A DNA stretch of 64,000 bases from a bacterium (GTDB lineage Bacteria > UBA8248). The position numbers and the translations under genes are program-made. The notes below the pieces were generated by a model. It was not told where the DNA came from. It saw nothing but the letters and a program-made list of their open reading frames with translations, and made no database searches. This document shows positions 61,130 to 64,000 of this stretch, one piece after another (position 1 is the first letter of the stretch; each line of letters opens with the position of its first letter). The stretch spans positions 768,001 through 832,000 of the forward strand of contig OZ241326.1 of the NCBI GenBank assembly GCA_965199855.1. Reading direction: 5' to 3'.

Positions 61130-61207
61130 GCGCCCTCCCGAATGAGAAAAACCGAAGATAGCATAAATCGCCCGGCGCGGTGATCCGCAGGGGCGGGGGC
61201 TCGCCCC

Positions 61208-61380
61208 GGCCATTTTCCCGATCATCGGCGGAAGGTTCCGTAGGGGCGGTTCGTGAACCGCCCGTTGCGGATGTCCACGGAAAAACGGGGCGTTCACGAA
61301 CGCCCCCTACGAAATCAATCGCCGACCTGCGGGCGGGTCGCATATATGCGTGGGACGCGCCTCTTGGCGCGTCACCTACG
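61208..61380. repeat. REP-like palindrome cluster, right flank
   Basis: GGCCATTTTCCCGATCA identical to 59297-59313, followed by CGTAGGGGCGGTTCGTGAACCGCCCGTTGCGGA...CCCCTACG. Confidence 0.8.
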
Positions 61381-61494
61381 GAAGCAAATATCCCGCCCCG
61401 TGACGGACGCCCCCGCCGCGCGTGGCGTCCCCGGGGCGGGGCTGGTAGAATCGGCGCGGAACCCTTGGATACCCCAACGCGGAAGGACGCGCCC

Positions 61495-62523
61495 ATGAAG
61501 GCCATGATCCTCAAGGAGTTCGGCCGTCCGCTCGCCCTGGAGGAGGCGCCCGAGCCGCGCATCGGCCCCCGCCAGGCATTGGTGGAATCGAAGGCGAACG
61601 GGCTGTGCGCGACGGATTTGAAGATCGTGGACGGCAGCGTCAGAACCGCCCCCACCCCCCTCATGCTCGGCCACGAGAACGCCGGCGTCGTGCTGGAGAC
61701 GGGCGCGGAGGTGGAATCCGTCGCGCCCGGGGATCGCGTGGTCGTCGTGAGCAAGCAGACCTGCGGGCGCTGCCGCATGTGCCGCGCGGGGAGCGAGGAG
61801 ATGTGCCTGAACTCGCCCGGACGCCTGGGGATAGAGCTGGACGGCGGCTTCGGGCAGCTTGTCGCCGCCTCGGAGCGCAGCCTCGTCAAAATCGGCGAGA
61901 ACGTCTCCCTGGAGGCGGCCTGCCTCATCGGCGGCACGCTCGGCTCCCCGCTCCACGCCATCCGCATGGCGCGGCCCGAGCTCGGCGAGTGCGCGGTCGT
62001 GTTCGGGGCGGGCGGCCTGGGGCTGCACGCCCTGCAGATCCTCCGGCACCTGGGGGCGAACGTGATCGCCGTGGACGTGAAGGAGGAGAAGCTGGCGAAG
62101 GCGCGCGAACTCGGCGCGTTCGAGGCGGTCAACGCCGCGCGAACCGACCCGGTGAAGGCGGTGATGGACATCACGGACGGCTTCGGGGCGGACGTCGCCC
62201 TCGAAATCGTGGGAGGCGCCGCCGTCCCGCCCGTCATCCAGCAGTGCCTGGATCTGCTGCGCCCCGGCGGGCGGCTCGTCATCCTGGGCTACGCCTTCGG
62301 CCAGAAAGTGGAGATCGACCCCGCGCAGCTGGTCTATAAATGGATTCAGGTGGTCGCCTCCCACAACCACACCGTCCGCGACGTGGCCGACGCGGCGAGC
62401 CTCGTGAACGACGGACGGGTGCGCGCCGTCATCACCGAGGAGGCGCCGATGCCGGAGGCGAACGCGGCGCTCGCCGCCCTTCGCGCGGGGGATCCCGTGG
62501 GCCGCATCGTCCTGACGTGGTAG
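61495..62523 (+). CDS. Zinc-binding alcohol dehydrogenase family protein
   Basis: CATD, LGHENAG, CGRCRMC...C, GAGGLG. Confidence 0.92.
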   Translation: MKAMILKEFGRPLALEEAPEPRIGPRQALVESKANGLCATDLKIVDGSVRTAPTPLMLGHENAGVVLETGAEVESVAPGDRVVVVSKQTCGRCRMCRAGSEEMCLNSPGRLGIELDGGFGQLVAASERSLVKIGENVSLEAACLIGGTLGSPLHAIRMARPELGECAVVFGAGGLGLHALQILRHLGANVIAVDVKEEKLAKARELGAFEAVNAARTDPVKAVMDITDGFGADVALEIVGGAAVPPVIQQCLDLLRPGGRLVILGYAFGQKVEIDPAQLVYKWIQVVASHNHTVRDVADAASLVNDGRVRAVITEEAPMPEANAALAALRAGDPVGRIVLTW

Positions 62524-62589
62524 GGCGGGGCGCGGGGCGGCGCGTCAACAGGAGGACGCCGACCAGGAAGGGCATTCGGGGGAGGGAGC

Positions 62590-63981
62590 ATGGGACACCG
62601 GATTGAGACGGACAGCATGGGCGAAATCGAGGTTCCCGAGGACAGATACTACGGGGCGCAGACCGCGCGCTCGCTGATTCACTTCCGCATCGGGGGCGAC
62701 CGCTTCCCCCGGGAGATCATCCGCGCCCTGGGGATTCTCAAGAAGGCCGCGGCGCAGACGAACGAGGAGCTCGGCATCCTGCCGTCCGAGAAGGCCGCCC
62801 TCATCGTCCGGGCGGCGGAGGAGGTCATCTCGGGCGCGCTCGACGAGCATTTTCCCCTCGTCGTGTGGCAGACGGGCAGCGGCACGCAGACGAACATGAA
62901 CGCCAACGAGGTGATCGCCAACCGCGCCATCGAGCTGGCGGGCGGGCGGATGGGGGCGAAGGCGCCGATTCACCCGAACGACGACGTGAACAAGGCGCAG
63001 TCCTCGAACGACACCTTTCCCACGGCGATGCACGTCGCGGCGGGCGAGCGAATCAGCGCGCGGCTCCTGCCCGCCGCGGGCGCGCTCCGGGACACCCTCT
63101 CGGCGAAGGCGGAGGAATTCCGGGAGATCATCAAAATCGGGCGCACCCACCTGATGGACGCCGTCCCCCTCACCCTGGGGCAGGAGTTCTCCGGCTACGC
63201 CCGGCAGCTCGAAAACGGAATCGCCCGCGTGGAAGCCTCCCTCGACGGCCTCTACGAGCTCGCCCTCGGCGGGACGGCGGTGGGAACCGGCCTCAACACG
63301 CACCCGGAGTTCGCGGAGCGCGCCGCCGCCAGAATCGCCGAGATGACGGGGCTTCCCTTCCGCAGCGCGCCCAACAAGTTCGAGGCGCTCGCCGCGCACG
63401 ACGCGGTCGTCTTCGCCAGCGGGGCGCTCAAGACCCTCGCCGCCTCCCTGATGAAGATCGCCAACGACGTGCGGATGCTCGCCTCGGGCCCCCGGTGCGG
63501 CGTGGGCGAGCTGCGCATCCCCGAGAACGAGCCGGGCAGCTCCATCATGCCCGGCAAGGTGAACCCCACCCAGAGCGAGGCGATGACGATGGTCTGCGCC
63601 CAGGTGATGGGCAACGACGTGGCCGTGAACATAGGCGGGGCGACGGGGCACTTCGAGCTCAACGTGTTCAAGCCGCTCATGATCTTCAACCTGCTCAACT
63701 CGACGCGCCTGCTCGCGGACGCCTGCGATTCGTTCGACGTCCACTGCGCCCGCGGCATCGAGCCCGACCGGCCCGCCATAGACGCCCACCTCGAAAACTC
63801 GCTCATGCTGGTGACCGCCCTCAACCCCGTCATCGGCTACGACAGCGCGGCGAAGGTGGCGAAAAAGGCGTTCGCCGAGGGAGGCACCCTGCGCGAGGCC
63901 GCCCTCGCCCTCGGCCTGCTCACCGGCGAGGAGTTCGACGAGGCGGTAAGACCGGAGAAGATGATCGGGCCGGCGGACTAG
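62590..63981 (+). CDS. fumC: Class II fumarate hydratase
   Basis: [33 protein letters not shown]. Confidence 0.97.
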   Translation: MGHRIETDSMGEIEVPEDRYYGAQTARSLIHFRIGGDRFPREIIRALGILKKAAAQTNEELGILPSEKAALIVRAAEEVISGALDEHFPLVVWQTGSGTQTNMNANEVIANRAIELAGGRMGAKAPIHPNDDVNKAQSSNDTFPTAMHVAAGERISARLLPAAGALRDTLSAKAEEFREIIKIGRTHLMDAVPLTLGQEFSGYARQLENGIARVEASLDGLYELALGGTAVGTGLNTHPEFAERAAARIAEMTGLPFRSAPNKFEALAAHDAVVFASGALKTLAASLMKIANDVRMLASGPRCGVGELRIPENEPGSSIMPGKVNPTQSEAMTMVCAQVMGNDVAVNIGGATGHFELNVFKPLMIFNLLNSTRLLADACDSFDVHCARGIEPDRPAIDAHLENSLMLVTALNPVIGYDSAAKVAKKAFAEGGTLREAALALGLLTGEEFDEAVRPEKMIGPAD

Positions 63982-64000
63982 GACAAGGGCCGCTTCGCGC

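Overview
High-GC bacterial chromosomal window; the lineage cannot be determined from sequence alone. Host core functions: a coenzyme F420 biosynthesis operon (cofH end, FrhB-family protein, stand-alone nitroreductase, cofD, cofC, cofE), two LLM oxidoreductases, diadenylate cyclase, yajQ, amt, class III nucleotide cyclase, LysR-gltBD, metF, peroxiredoxin, SOD, tRNA-Thr and tRNA-Lys, a MaoC/acyl-CoA ligase/SDR cluster, ADH and fumC. Lower-GC defence-type cassettes are interspersed (two R-M systems, Vsr, Fic, HEPN-MNT, Clp-fold protease, orphan MTase). Two systems stand out. (1) At 59.8-61.2 kb, an HNH gene plus a stand-alone RAMP/Cas7-like gene is followed by two non-coding arrays of GGY-NN pentamers (15 and 24 units), each ending in GGAAG and a hairpin: a candidate non-CRISPR RNA-guided system. 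(2) A transposable-phage-type late gene set (lysis, gp26/gp27, split terminase, portal, protease-capsid, head-tail, tail tube, chaperone) is scattered over about 28 kb in canonical order among host genes. Three of its modules carry the same direct-repeat promoter exactly 27 nt from a -10 box, suggesting a domesticated, gene-transfer-agent-like regulon. An OsmC-family selenoprotein (in-frame UGA plus SECIS-like hairpin), only partly captured by the ORF track, is also present. All family assignments come from motif recognition by eye, not database searches.
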